Notes: a model not told the origin generated them from the sequence alone. A DNA stretch of 32,000 nt from Candidatus Methylomirabilis limnetica (GCF_003044035.1 NZ_NVQC01000023.1:30001-62000), one strand, 5' to 3'. Shown: positions 18,151 through 26,023, numbered from the stretch's first letter. Translations and numbers: made by a program.

Positions 18151-18249
18151 AGCAAACAACTACCCATTGCCGCCGCCAACAACACGTTCGAGCGTATCAA
18201 ACGCGTCAACCAATCCGGCGGAGAATTCTGGTCCGCCCGCGAAGCTTAA
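18151..18249 (+). pseudogene. N-terminal stub of a DinD/Bro-N-like gene
   Basis: SKQLPIAAANNTFERIKRVNQSGGEFWSAREA-stop resembles the start of DNA-damage-inducible protein D (..FExIKHxxxxGxEYWSARxL..). No start codon and a premature stop. Confidence 0.45.
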
Positions 18250-18266
18250 TCTGGTGTAGTGTTGTT

Positions 18267-18581
18267 TTATTCAACTTCCCACTCGCCGGGTGTCAGGTGT
18301 TCAAGAATGACCCTGCTGCCGTGGATGATGGCGACAATGAAGCAGACTTGTTCTTTTACTTTGTAGATGATGCGATAGGAACCGTAAATGAGTTCTCGGA
18401 TTGTCTCATCGTTAAATTCCGGAACCATCCGGCCGCTCAGAGGAGCGTGCTCAAGCCTTCGAGGCGCGCGGACAACACGGATGCCGAACCGCTCGGCGTA
18501 TACTGCCGAGTCACGGGCGATATACTCGATAAGGTCGTGAAGGTCCTTTAGTGCCGGTTCGGTCCAGATGACTTCAGCCAT
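18267..18581 (-). CDS. RelE/ParE-family type II toxin
   Basis: 104 aa. The IWTEPALKDLHDLIEYIARDS...RMVPEF.....RELIYGSYRIIYKV pattern is typical of ParE/RelE toxins. It lies downstream of, and overlaps, a small antitoxin-sized ORF. Confidence 0.8.
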   Translation of the reverse strand: MAEVIWTEPALKDLHDLIEYIARDSAVYAERFGIRVVRAPRRLEHAPLSGRMVPEFNDETIRELIYGSYRIIYKVKEQVCFIVAIIHGSRVILEHLTPGEWEVE

Positions 18582-18754
18582 TCCTGAACCCTGTTTTCGG
18601 CCTCCACCTGTGAAACCAGGCGGCCTTCGTCAATAGCCTTGAGTCCATGCTCCACCTTCTCTCGGACATAGAGGTGATAGTGGATATCTTCAAGAGTTGA
18701 ATCCTCGGGCAGGGTTTTTATGAGTTCAATTACTTGGTCTCTGACGTGAGTCAT
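18548..18754 (-). CDS. Putative type II antitoxin
   Basis: 68 aa from ATG 18754 (GGGAGG 8 nt upstream; the ORF track starts at GTG 18763). A small acidic helical protein immediately upstream of the toxin, overlapping it by 34 nt. Confidence 0.6.
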   Translation of the reverse strand: MTHVRDQVIELIKTLPEDSTLEDIHYHLYVREKVEHGLKAIDEGRLVSQVEAENRVQEWLKSSGPNRH

Positions 18755-18953
18755 GTTGCACACCTCCCTTGGGTGATTGGACCTCTACAAATCTTGGGCT
18801 TGCCCGCACAAGTAGAATCGCACACATTGCCACGGTGATCAATCCTTTGGGAAGAATACTTCGTTTATAGATTTACGACGATGCGGGCAGGCGGGTCGAG
18901 ACGCAAGAGAAATCCCCGTGGATAAAGGCCATCAGAAAGGATAGGATGTCGCC

Positions 18954-19214
18954 ATGATGATTACGAAACAAACTGTTGCCGACCAGATTGTCGCGTATCT
19001 TCACCACGAGGTTACGCTGCCGCAGTTGGTGGATTGGGCTGAGAACGCCATGATGGATGGCGAGTTTGCCGAACGCGATGCCACGACAATTTCGTCCGTC
19101 ATCGCCCGTCTCGGCGTGGCAGATGTGCGCACCTTCGGCCTCGCTTGGGAAGATTGCGAGGAGTTGCTAGGCAAGCTCGGTTTCGCGCCTCGCGTGGAAG
19201 TCGTCTCCGCATAA
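18954..19214 (+). CDS. Hypothetical small acidic protein (86 aa)
   Basis: ORF divergent from the TA pair, with AGGATAGGA upstream. No family was recognised. Confidence 0.4.
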   Translation: MMITKQTVADQIVAYLHHEVTLPQLVDWAENAMMDGEFAERDATTISSVIARLGVADVRTFGLAWEDCEELLGKLGFAPRVEVVSA

Positions 19215-19218
19215 ACCC

Positions 19219-19353
19219 AAACCCGTGTTCGACGAAATCGACACGGTGCTGGCGGGGCACTACGGGTTCACGGCGGAGGAGTTGGATTTCATCCTGAACT
19301 ACGACATCAAATACCGCCTGGGCCGCGACACCGAAACCGAGGCGGAGGACTGA
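19219..19353 (+). pseudogene. Orphan gene 3' tail, copy C (PVFDEIDTVLAGHYGFTAEELDFILNYDIKYRLGRDTETEAED-stop)
   Basis: This is the longest of the three tail copies. Its stop lies 3 nt before the yhcG-like start, so in the donor context the missing gene and yhcG were operonic. Confidence 0.5.
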
Positions 19354-19356
19354 GCC

Positions 19357-20487
19357 ATGCCCACGAAAAAGAAAACCGCCGTCACGAAGCGCGCCCCCGT
19401 TCCCCGCGCCCTCGGCTCGCTCGTCGCAGAGGTTCGCAGCCTCATCCAGTCCGCCCGCCGCGTGGCCGCTTCTACGGTCAACACTCTTCAGGTGCGGACC
19501 AACTATGAGATCGGCCGCCGCATCGTGGAGCACGAGCAGAAGGGGGAGAAGCGGGCCGGGTATGGGCAGGAACTGCTCAAGGCGCTTTCCGAACGCCTGA
19601 CCGCGGAGTGCGGCCAGGGATTCTCAGTGAGCAACCTTCAGCTCATGCGGAAATTCTTCATCGAGTACAAATATCGAATTCAACAGCAGGCTGCTGTTAA
19701 ATTGATCGCCACAATAATTCAACAGCCGGATGCTGTTGAATTCAGTCCAGTTGAGATCGCGAAGCCTACGCAAAAACCTCCTTTCACGCTCAGTTGGACG
19801 CACTATGTCCTGCTCCTCACCGTCAAAGACCCGGACGAACGCAGTTTCTACGAGATTGAGGCAGCGTCGGAAGGCTGGTCCATCCCCGAACTGAAGCGCC
19901 AGGTGGCCGCCTGCCTTTATGAGCGTCTGGCATTGAGCCGCGGCAAGACAGCCGTGCGCAAACTTGCGCATGAAGGGCAGATCGTCACGCGACCGGAGGA
20001 CATGCTGAAGGAACCCTACGTCCTGGAATTTCTCGGGTTGGACGAGAAGACGAAATACTCCGAGAACGACCTGGAAACCGCCATCATCAACCGGCTCGAA
20101 CATTTTCTGCTGGAGCTGGGCAAGGGCTTTCTTTTCGAGGCGCGGCAGAAGCGTTTCACTTTCGATGAAGACCACTTTTATGTGGACCTCGTTTTCTACA
20201 ACCGCCTGCTGCGCTGCTACGTCCTGATCGACCTCAAGCTCGACAAACTCACGCATCAGGACCTGGGCCAGATGCAGATGTATGTGAACCACTACGACCG
20301 GAAGGTGAAGCTGCCAGAGGAGAACCCCACTATCGGCATTCTGCTGTGCAAGCGAAAAAAGGATGCCATTGTCGAGGTCACGTTGCCGCCGGATGCCAAT
20401 ATCCAAGCCAGGGAATACAAGCTCTACCTGCCCTCCAAGGAGGAGCTGAAGCGCAAGCTGCTGGAGTGGGGAGAGGAGCAAGTCTGA
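19357..20487 (+). CDS. YhcG-like PDDEXK nuclease (DUF1016)
   Basis: 376 aa. C-terminal core DLVFYNRLLRCYVLIDLKLDKLTHQDLGQMQMYVNHYD (D...(I/V)DLK) and an N-terminal helical domain typical of DUF1016. Confidence 0.8.
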   Translation: MPTKKKTAVTKRAPVPRALGSLVAEVRSLIQSARRVAASTVNTLQVRTNYEIGRRIVEHEQKGEKRAGYGQELLKALSERLTAECGQGFSVSNLQLMRKFFIEYKYRIQQQAAVKLIATIIQQPDAVEFSPVEIAKPTQKPPFTLSWTHYVLLLTVKDPDERSFYEIEAASEGWSIPELKRQVAACLYERLALSRGKTAVRKLAHEGQIVTRPEDMLKEPYVLEFLGLDEKTKYSENDLETAIINRLEHFLLELGKGFLFEARQKRFTFDEDHFYVDLVFYNRLLRCYVLIDLKLDKLTHQDLGQMQMYVNHYDRKVKLPEENPTIGILLCKRKKDAIVEVTLPPDANIQAREYKLYLPSKEELKRKLLEWGEEQV

Positions 20488-20493
20488 TATCCC

Positions 20494-21036
20494 ATGGCCG
20501 TCCTCACGCTCAGTCTCGATGACGCTCGCTACCCGCCGAATTTGCGCGAGCGCATGGGCGATGACGCGCCCGCGCAACTGGCCGCCCTCGGCAACCTCGA
20601 CCTGCTCGCGTTGCCCAAGATCGGACTGTTCAGCTCCGTGCGTTGCCCTGGCCACGTCATCCTCACGACCTACGACCAGGCCGCCAAGTGGCGCGATGCA
20701 GGGCGCTGTGTGATCAGCGGCTTTCATTCGCCGGTCGAGAAGGAGTGTCTGCGTATTCTTCTGCGCGGTCCACAGCCCATCATCATCTGCCCGGCGCGCG
20801 CCATCGAGGCCATGCGCATCCCGATCGAATTGCGCACGGCTTTCGATGCAGGACGGGTACTGTACCTTTCTCCGTTCGCCAAGCAGCCGAGGCGCGTCAC
20901 CAAGGAGTCTGCGCTCCGCCGCAACGAGACCGTCGCGGCCTTGGCGGACGAAGCGTACGTCGCGCACGTGGCCGCGGGTGGCCAGACGGCGCTCATCAGC
21001 AAAATGCTCGCACAATGGGGAGTACTACTCGTGTGA
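20494..21036 (+). CDS. Stand-alone DprA/Smf-like Rossmann (SLOG superfamily) protein
   Basis: 180 aa. IGLFSSVRCPG..., VISGFHSPVEKECLRILL, PIIICPARAI, LSPF...RRNETVAALAD parallel the DprA core (VGSR..., SGxAxGID, RNRIIA). It lacks the SAM and DML1 domains of full DprA. It begins 6 nt after yhcG-like. Confidence 0.7.
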   Translation: MAVLTLSLDDARYPPNLRERMGDDAPAQLAALGNLDLLALPKIGLFSSVRCPGHVILTTYDQAAKWRDAGRCVISGFHSPVEKECLRILLRGPQPIIICPARAIEAMRIPIELRTAFDAGRVLYLSPFAKQPRRVTKESALRRNETVAALADEAYVAHVAAGGQTALISKMLAQWGVLLV

Positions 21037-21155
21037 GCAACGCCACACACTTGGAACTGTGCGGGCAGGCGTCTAACACCATGCTGCACCCGACGGCCGC
21101 TGACCTTGACGCAACGCGTCCACTGGTGATCGCGAGCCGTTATGAGTATTGTTGA

Positions 21156-21452
21156 ATGGCTACAAAGGCGAAGAATTACCGTCGGGGCGCAACCTGGGTT
21201 TTGCTTAGCCCTCTATTGTTTGTTATGGCAGCTATTTCAACTGTCGAATCATTAACCACATATTATGTGCAGTTGGTTTGTTTTAGTATTGTTTCAATTG
21301 CAGGTGTAGTCACTGGCGTTGGTTTTGTTTTTGGTTGGCCTTGGGCAAATATCTCGGCCAAGTATATCGCCGGAATAGTAATAGTTTACTTTGTTTGTAG
21401 TTGGCTTCTAATAGCTCTGTTTCTTGCATATGAAATGATTTCGGGCATGTAG
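21156..21452 (+). CDS. Small integral membrane protein (98 aa, 3 predicted TM)
   Basis: Hydrophobic ORF. GC drops to about 32-48% per 60-nt line against about 60% in the flanks. No family was recognised. Confidence 0.5.
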   Translation: MATKAKNYRRGATWVLLSPLLFVMAAISTVESLTTYYVQLVCFSIVSIAGVVTGVGFVFGWPWANISAKYIAGIVIVYFVCSWLLIALFLAYEMISGM

Positions 21453-21463
21453 ATGCATCAGAC

Positions 21464-21533
21464 TCATAACAAGTCGCTTGTGTGGGACGGCGCGCCGCGA
21501 TGCGGCGCGCCGTCCCACAGCTTATCGTTCAGG
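21464..21533 (+). other. attC-like site built around a perfect 18-bp palindrome
   Basis: TCATAAC-AAGTC-GC[TTG]TGTGGGACGGCGCGCCGC-GAT-GCGGCGCGCCGTCCCACAGC-TTATC-GTTCAGG. The perfect stem is 21481-21498/21502-21519. It has an ...AAC / GTT... outer pair, symmetric 5-nt spacers and a 3-nt bulge. It starts 12 nt after the stop of the low-GC ORF, and no T-tract follows. Confidence 0.4.
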
Positions 21534-21619
21534 CTTGATTGTGGTCGCGTGTGGTGTGATACTGGTTAGAGATTGACCATGGTGAGTATCGTCTACTGGG
21601 TCATCGTGCGGGGGGAAGG

Positions 21620-22162
21620 GTGCTGACACATCGGGTCCTCTTCGAAGAGCAGGCTATTGCGATACGGGTGCAGGAAATGGCGCGCGCGATCGCCCAGGAT
21701 CTTCCGGAGCCGACGCCGGTCCTGATCGGCCTGCTCACCGGCGCGTTCATCTTTCTCGCCGACCTGATGCGAGCGCTGGGGCGCCTGGGGATCGACCCCC
21801 ATGTAGACCTGATGGCCGTCTCACACTACGGGCCGTTGGTATCATCCAGTGGGCTGGTACAGATCCACAAGGACAGTGCATTGGATCTCAGGGGGCGGGC
21901 TGTGCTCCTAGTCGATGATATCCTGGATTCCGGGCGAACCCTCAGCATGGTCCGAGATCACCTTGCCGCCAAGGGGCCAAGATGGCTGCGAACGTGCGTC
22001 CTCCTGGACAAGCCGAGCCGACGGGAGATCGCGATCAGCGCGGACTATATCGGCTTTGAGGTTCCCAATGCCTGGATTATTGGCTACGGCATGGACGCGT
22101 CCGGGGAGGGGCGAGCGCTTCCGTATGTGGCCCTGGTAGAGCGGGAAGGGGAGCAGGGGTAG
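21620..22162 (+). CDS. hpt: Hypoxanthine(-guanine) phosphoribosyltransferase
   Basis: 180 aa. PRPP-binding loop LLVDDILDSGRTL, N-terminal VLFEEQAIAIRVQEMA. GTG start with a G-rich RBS. Confidence 0.9.
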   Translation: MLTHRVLFEEQAIAIRVQEMARAIAQDLPEPTPVLIGLLTGAFIFLADLMRALGRLGIDPHVDLMAVSHYGPLVSSSGLVQIHKDSALDLRGRAVLLVDDILDSGRTLSMVRDHLAAKGPRWLRTCVLLDKPSRREIAISADYIGFEVPNAWIIGYGMDASGEGRALPYVALVEREGEQG

Positions 22163-22164
22163 GC

Positions 22165-22977
22165 GTGAGTCGTAAAGAGGCGGGGAAGAAGCATGATGTC
22201 CGCCGTCGTCTGCTGGTGAAGGAGGATCTGGTCTATGGTCCTCTGCTGTCTCGGCGACTGGGCCGCTCGCTGGGCGTCAATCTGCTTGGCGCCGGCGAGA
22301 AGCTTTGTTCCTTCAACTGCCGCTACTGCCAGTGCGGCTGGACAGCGCGTCCGATCCTGGAGGTGGGCGAGCTGATCGCGGACTTTCCTGCGGGCGAGAA
22401 GGTTGCCGATGCCTTAGAGGCCAGGCTTCAGCAAGTGTGCCGAGAGAGCATCCCCATCGACGCCATCACCTTCTCCGGTAATGGCGAGCCGACGCTCCAT
22501 CCGGAGCTCATGGCGATTGTCAAGGCCGCGTCGGTCCTTCGGGATCGCTTTGTTCCACACGCCAAGCTGGCTATTCTGTCCAACAGTTCAACCGTGTATC
22601 GGCCAGAGATCCGCGCAGCACTTGAGTGCGTGGACCTGAAGTTGATGAAGTTGGATGCCGGGAGCGAGGCGCTCATGCGCCGGATCAATCTGCCGGCCAA
22701 AGGGTGTGACTTCGCCCAGATGCTCCAAGGGTTAGCACAGCTCGACGGCGTGCTACTGCAAGCGATGTTCGTGTGGGGCAGGGTAGCCAACACGGCCCCG
22801 GTGGCAATACGCGAGTGGGCCGACCGGGTCGCTGCGATCCGGCCGCTTGGGGTCCAGGTCTACACCCTCGACCGGGTACCGGCCGACTCCGGCTTGACGC
22901 CGGTCTCCAGGGTAGTGCTCGATTCAATTGCCAGGTATGCACGACGGCGCGCCCATGTCGCAATCGAAGTCTACTGA
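22165..22977 (+). CDS. Radical SAM protein (COG0731-like)
   Basis: 270 aa. YGPLLSRRLGRSLGVNL followed by CSFNCRYCQC (CxxxCxxC). Starts 2 nt after hpt. Confidence 0.8.
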   Translation: MSRKEAGKKHDVRRRLLVKEDLVYGPLLSRRLGRSLGVNLLGAGEKLCSFNCRYCQCGWTARPILEVGELIADFPAGEKVADALEARLQQVCRESIPIDAITFSGNGEPTLHPELMAIVKAASVLRDRFVPHAKLAILSNSSTVYRPEIRAALECVDLKLMKLDAGSEALMRRINLPAKGCDFAQMLQGLAQLDGVLLQAMFVWGRVANTAPVAIREWADRVAAIRPLGVQVYTLDRVPADSGLTPVSRVVLDSIARYARRRAHVAIEVY

Positions 22978-24613
22978 GGCTGTCGCCGGCCGCCGGGCTC
23001 GGCGGTGGTGGCTGATGCTCCCTGTGCTCGCCCTGCTCGGCATGGCCGACTCGGGCTACCTGCTCTGGCTGCATCGCACGACGACCTCGGCCTTCTGCCC
23101 TACGGCGGGATGCGATGTTGTCAATCAAGGAGAATATTCTGAGATCAGGGGCGTCCCCCTCGCCGCCTTCGGTATCGCAGCCTATCTGGCGCTACTTGCG
23201 CTCTCGGTGATGGCTGTAGCGCTCGACAGCCGTCGCGTGCTGGGGGTGATGCTCGCGATTGCCGGAATCGGCGTAGCTGTGTCGGCGTGGCTGGTCTATT
23301 TGCAGGTCGCTGTCATCGGATCGATATGTTTCTGGTGCGTCCTCTCAGCCTTTACTATGTTGTCGATCCTTGCCATGAGCTTGAGTGCTTTTCTCGTGAA
23401 GCGAGATCCTCAACGATCGGAACTGGCCAGCCCACCACGAGTGACGCAAGTCCCATCGGGGGCATTGCCACAATCCTTCAGGTTTCCGCTAATGGCGCTA
23501 GGAATGATCGCCCTGCTCGCCGCAATGCTGGGAGGCCTCTTCCGTTTGGGATGGGACTGGTCGAGCGTGCCGTCAACCTTGCCCCCTGTACACGGCCCTC
23601 TGATGATTTCTGGATTCCTGGGTACGCTCATCGGGTTGGAACGAACCGTGGCCATGGGGAGGTGGTGGCCCTCTATCGGGCCTCTGTGTACTGGCATAGG
23701 CGCCCTTCTTCTGATTGCAGGTGTACCCGGTGTGGCCGGCCCGATATTGATGACCCTTGGCAGCCTTATACTGGTCATCACTTTTGTCCAGCTCATTCGG
23801 GGCCAACCGGCCCTGTTTACGGTTACCATGGGGCTTGGGGCGCTCGCGTGGCTGGTAGGCAATACCCTTTGGCTTGTCGGATGGCCGATTTTCCGCGTTG
23901 TAAGCTGGTGGGCCGCTTTCCTGATCCTCACTATTGCCGGGGAGCGGCTGGAGTTGAGCCGTTTTCTCCCTCTCGCTCGAAGACACCGACTATCGTTTCT
24001 GGCTGCCATTGGTTTTTTTGTGGCCGGGCTCCTTCTCGCCGTGGTAGCGTTCGATGGCGGGTCGCGCATGAGCGGACTGGGCCTTATTGCCATGAGTATC
24101 TGGTTGCTGCGCCACGATATGGCGCGACACTCGGTGCAGAAGACAGGGCTGCACCGATTTGTCGCTCTGAGCCTGCTTGTAGGTTACGTATGGTTGGCAG
24201 TGGCTGGGCTGCTCATGTTAAGTTTAGGCGGAGTAGCGACCGGAGTACACCACGCTGCAGCTCTGCACGTCCACGAACATGGCGTGCAAGACGGCTACGA
24301 TGCTGCGTTGCACGCCATGTTCGTGGGCTTCGCGTTCTCTATGATTATCGGGCACGCCCCGATCATTTTCCCGTCTGTGCTGGGAATTTCTTTGCCTTTT
24401 CGCCCAGCCTTCTATAGTCATCTTGTCTTACTCCATCTTTCGCTCGTGCTGCGAGTGGTAGGGGATTTGGCAGCGTGGTGGCCGGGAAGACTGGGAGGCG
24501 GACTGCTCAATGTTGTGGCCGTGCTGCTCTTCCTTGGCAACATGGCGTTATCTGGTACGATGGGAAGACAGTCGGTCTCGTTGGGAGATGCCGGCAACTA
24601 CTCAGGTAGATAG
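22955..24613 (+). CDS. Fusion protein: N-terminal VKOR (vitamin K epoxide reductase family) domain plus C-terminal polytopic His-containing membrane domain
   Basis: VKOR hallmarks are the loop cysteines CPTAGC, GVPLAAFG and the CxxC motif CFWC. About 380 further aa are hydrophobic (HGPLMISGFLGTLIGLER, HAMFVGFAFSMIIGHAP) and are weakly NnrS-like at best. The start is uncertain (TTG 22928, ATG 22937 or ATG 22955), and the gene overlaps the radical SAM 3' end. Confidence 0.6.
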   Translation: MSQSKSTEAVAGRRARRWWLMLPVLALLGMADSGYLLWLHRTTTSAFCPTAGCDVVNQGEYSEIRGVPLAAFGIAAYLALLALSVMAVALDSRRVLGVMLAIAGIGVAVSAWLVYLQVAVIGSICFWCVLSAFTMLSILAMSLSAFLVKRDPQRSELASPPRVTQVPSGALPQSFRFPLMALGMIALLAAMLGGLFRLGWDWSSVPSTLPPVHGPLMISGFLGTLIGLERTVAMGRWWPSIGPLCTGIGALLLIAGVPGVAGPILMTLGSLILVITFVQLIRGQPALFTVTMGLGALAWLVGNTLWLVGWPIFRVVSWWAAFLILTIAGERLELSRFLPLARRHRLSFLAAIGFFVAGLLLAVVAFDGGSRMSGLGLIAMSIWLLRHDMARHSVQKTGLHRFVALSLLVGYVWLAVAGLLMLSLGGVATGVHHAAALHVHEHGVQDGYDAALHAMFVGFAFSMIIGHAPIIFPSVLGISLPFRPAFYSHLVLLHLSLVLRVVGDLAAWWPGRLGGGLLNVVAVLLFLGNMALSGTMGRQSVSLGDAGNYSGR

Positions 24614-24642
24614 GCTGAAGGCTGAAGGCCTTTAGGGGTAAA
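24605..24642. repeat. Dispersed 38-nt repeat, copy 1 (inverted relative to copy 2)
   Basis: GGTAGATAGGCTGAAGGCTGAAGGCCTTTAGGGGTAAA. It matches the reverse complement of 26099-26136 at 36/38 positions and overlaps the stop codon of the upstream gene. Confidence 0.85.
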
Positions 24643-24646
24643 AAGG

Positions 24647-26023
24647 TTGCAGATCAATCTCGATCCGAAAAATAAGGCGAACGTGGCGCCGATAACGGGT
24701 AGTGAAGTCACGGGAGGGACGGCCCCGTCTCGCGATGTCATTAAAACTGCGCGACTTCCGATACACTTCTTCACTTGTGCCGTTGCTCTCTTTGGAATGG
24801 GTATGGCCGCGGTACCGTTTGTTGTGGGTGATCTGGTAGACTTTTTCTACCAGCCGCGAATCTTAGCCCTTACCCACACCTTTACGCTGGGATGGATCAG
24901 TTCTGCGATTATGGGGGTCATGTACCGCGTTGTTCCAGTTATGACGAAGCGGCCATTACGATTTCCAAGATTGGCGCGCTGGCAGTTCTGGCTTTTCGAA
25001 ATCGGTGCGACAGGCCTGATTACGCATATGCTCATTGGAGTGTGGGAACCCACCTGGATGTCTGCGGCTGTGATTGTGCTCAGCGCGGCGTTTTTTGCCG
25101 TAAACATGCTGTACTGCGTTGGCCCTGCTTGGCACCAGGGTGTATCCGAAACCGGAATGTGCATGTCGGTGATGTTTCTGCTGACTGCCGCTTCTCTTGG
25201 GCTGGTCCTCGCATTGGATAAGTCCTACGGATTCCTCTCTGGCAGCGTGCTCACTAACTTAGCCAGCCATGCGCATCTCGCCGCGCTCGGATGGGTGAGT
25301 CTCACCATTTGTTCCGTCTCCTATCGGATGGCTCCAGCGTTTCTGTTGTCGGAACTGACGCTTCCGCGTGTGGCGATATGGCAACTCTACAGTCTTGCCG
25401 TCGGTGTGACCGGCCTGGGCCTCTCGCTTCTGGGATGGATTGGTGGCGGTGCGTCCATCTGGAGCGGCATCATCATGTTGGCTATGCTTGCATATGTGGG
25501 TGTCCTTCAGTCACTTGTGCGCAACCGACGGATATCGATCGATTGGACGATGCGGCACGCGCTGGCCGGTGTCGTGTGTTTACTGCTCTCCATCGGACTC
25601 GGGTTCTCGCTGCTATGGATTGATCCAGGCAGCGCCATTGGTAATAGAGTGGCGGGAGCGTATGGGGTCCTGGGACTGCTCGGCTGGGTGACGAATCTCA
25701 TTATTGGGATGTCTTACAAGCTCTTTCCGGGATTCGTTGTCGGCGTACGTGAGCGCAGAGGGTGGCCAAAGCTGGCGCTCGCTGAACTATCCTTGCTTAG
25801 TTGCCGGCCGGTCGTCTTTATCTTACTGAATGCAGGTGTCCTGACGGCTGCCGGTGGTCTGATCGCGGCTCATGTGGCGGTCGCTCAGCTTGGTGCTCTG
25901 GTGATCGCGCTGGGGGGCCTGATCTACGTGGCAGTGATGGCGCGGACCCTGAGCTATGCGTATCGCGCCTCTGTTCCTCCGGCCGCAAACGACCCATTCC
26001 GTATCCTTTCCGGTAGCTCGTAG
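24647..26023 (+). CDS. 12-TM membrane protein, distantly heme-copper-oxidase subunit I-like
   Basis: 458 aa. It has three internal repeats spaced about 130 aa apart of the form G-W-x6-G-x2-Y-x3-P (HTFTLGWISSAIMGVMYRVVP, HAHLAALGWVSLTICSVSYRMAP, LLGWVTNLIIGMSYKLFP), reminiscent of CcoN/NorB helices including an HxH. No HH CuB pair was seen. TTG start is uncertain. Confidence 0.5.
   Translation: MQINLDPKNKANVAPITGSEVTGGTAPSRDVIKTARLPIHFFTCAVALFGMGMAAVPFVVGDLVDFFYQPRILALTHTFTLGWISSAIMGVMYRVVPVMTKRPLRFPRLARWQFWLFEIGATGLITHMLIGVWEPTWMSAAVIVLSAAFFAVNMLYCVGPAWHQGVSETGMCMSVMFLLTAASLGLVLALDKSYGFLSGSVLTNLASHAHLAALGWVSLTICSVSYRMAPAFLLSELTLPRVAIWQLYSLAVGVTGLGLSLLGWIGGGASIWSGIIMLAMLAYVGVLQSLVRNRRISIDWTMRHALAGVVCLLLSIGLGFSLLWIDPGSAIGNRVAGAYGVLGLLGWVTNLIIGMSYKLFPGFVVGVRERRGWPKLALAELSLLSCRPVVFILLNAGVLTAAGGLIAAHVAVAQLGALVIALGGLIYVAVMARTLSYAYRASVPPAANDPFRILSGSS

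Noticed and set aside
19624-21015. A 463-aa ORF on the minus strand, the longest ORF in this region
   Set aside because: It is antisense to the yhcG-like and dprA-like genes, which have clear family motifs. Its product is Arg/Leu/Asp-rich with no motifs. It is a typical shadow ORF in GC-rich DNA.
21071-21157. GTCTAAC ... GTTGAAT as a possible second attC upstream of the low-GC ORF
   Set aside because: I could find no internal palindrome or bulged stem between the two cores.
23287-24417. A 376-aa plus-strand and a 227-aa minus-strand ORF overlapping the VKOR-fusion gene
   Set aside because: They are alternative-frame or antisense shadows with Arg/Pro-rich composition. The annotated frame gives coherent TM helices and VKOR motifs.
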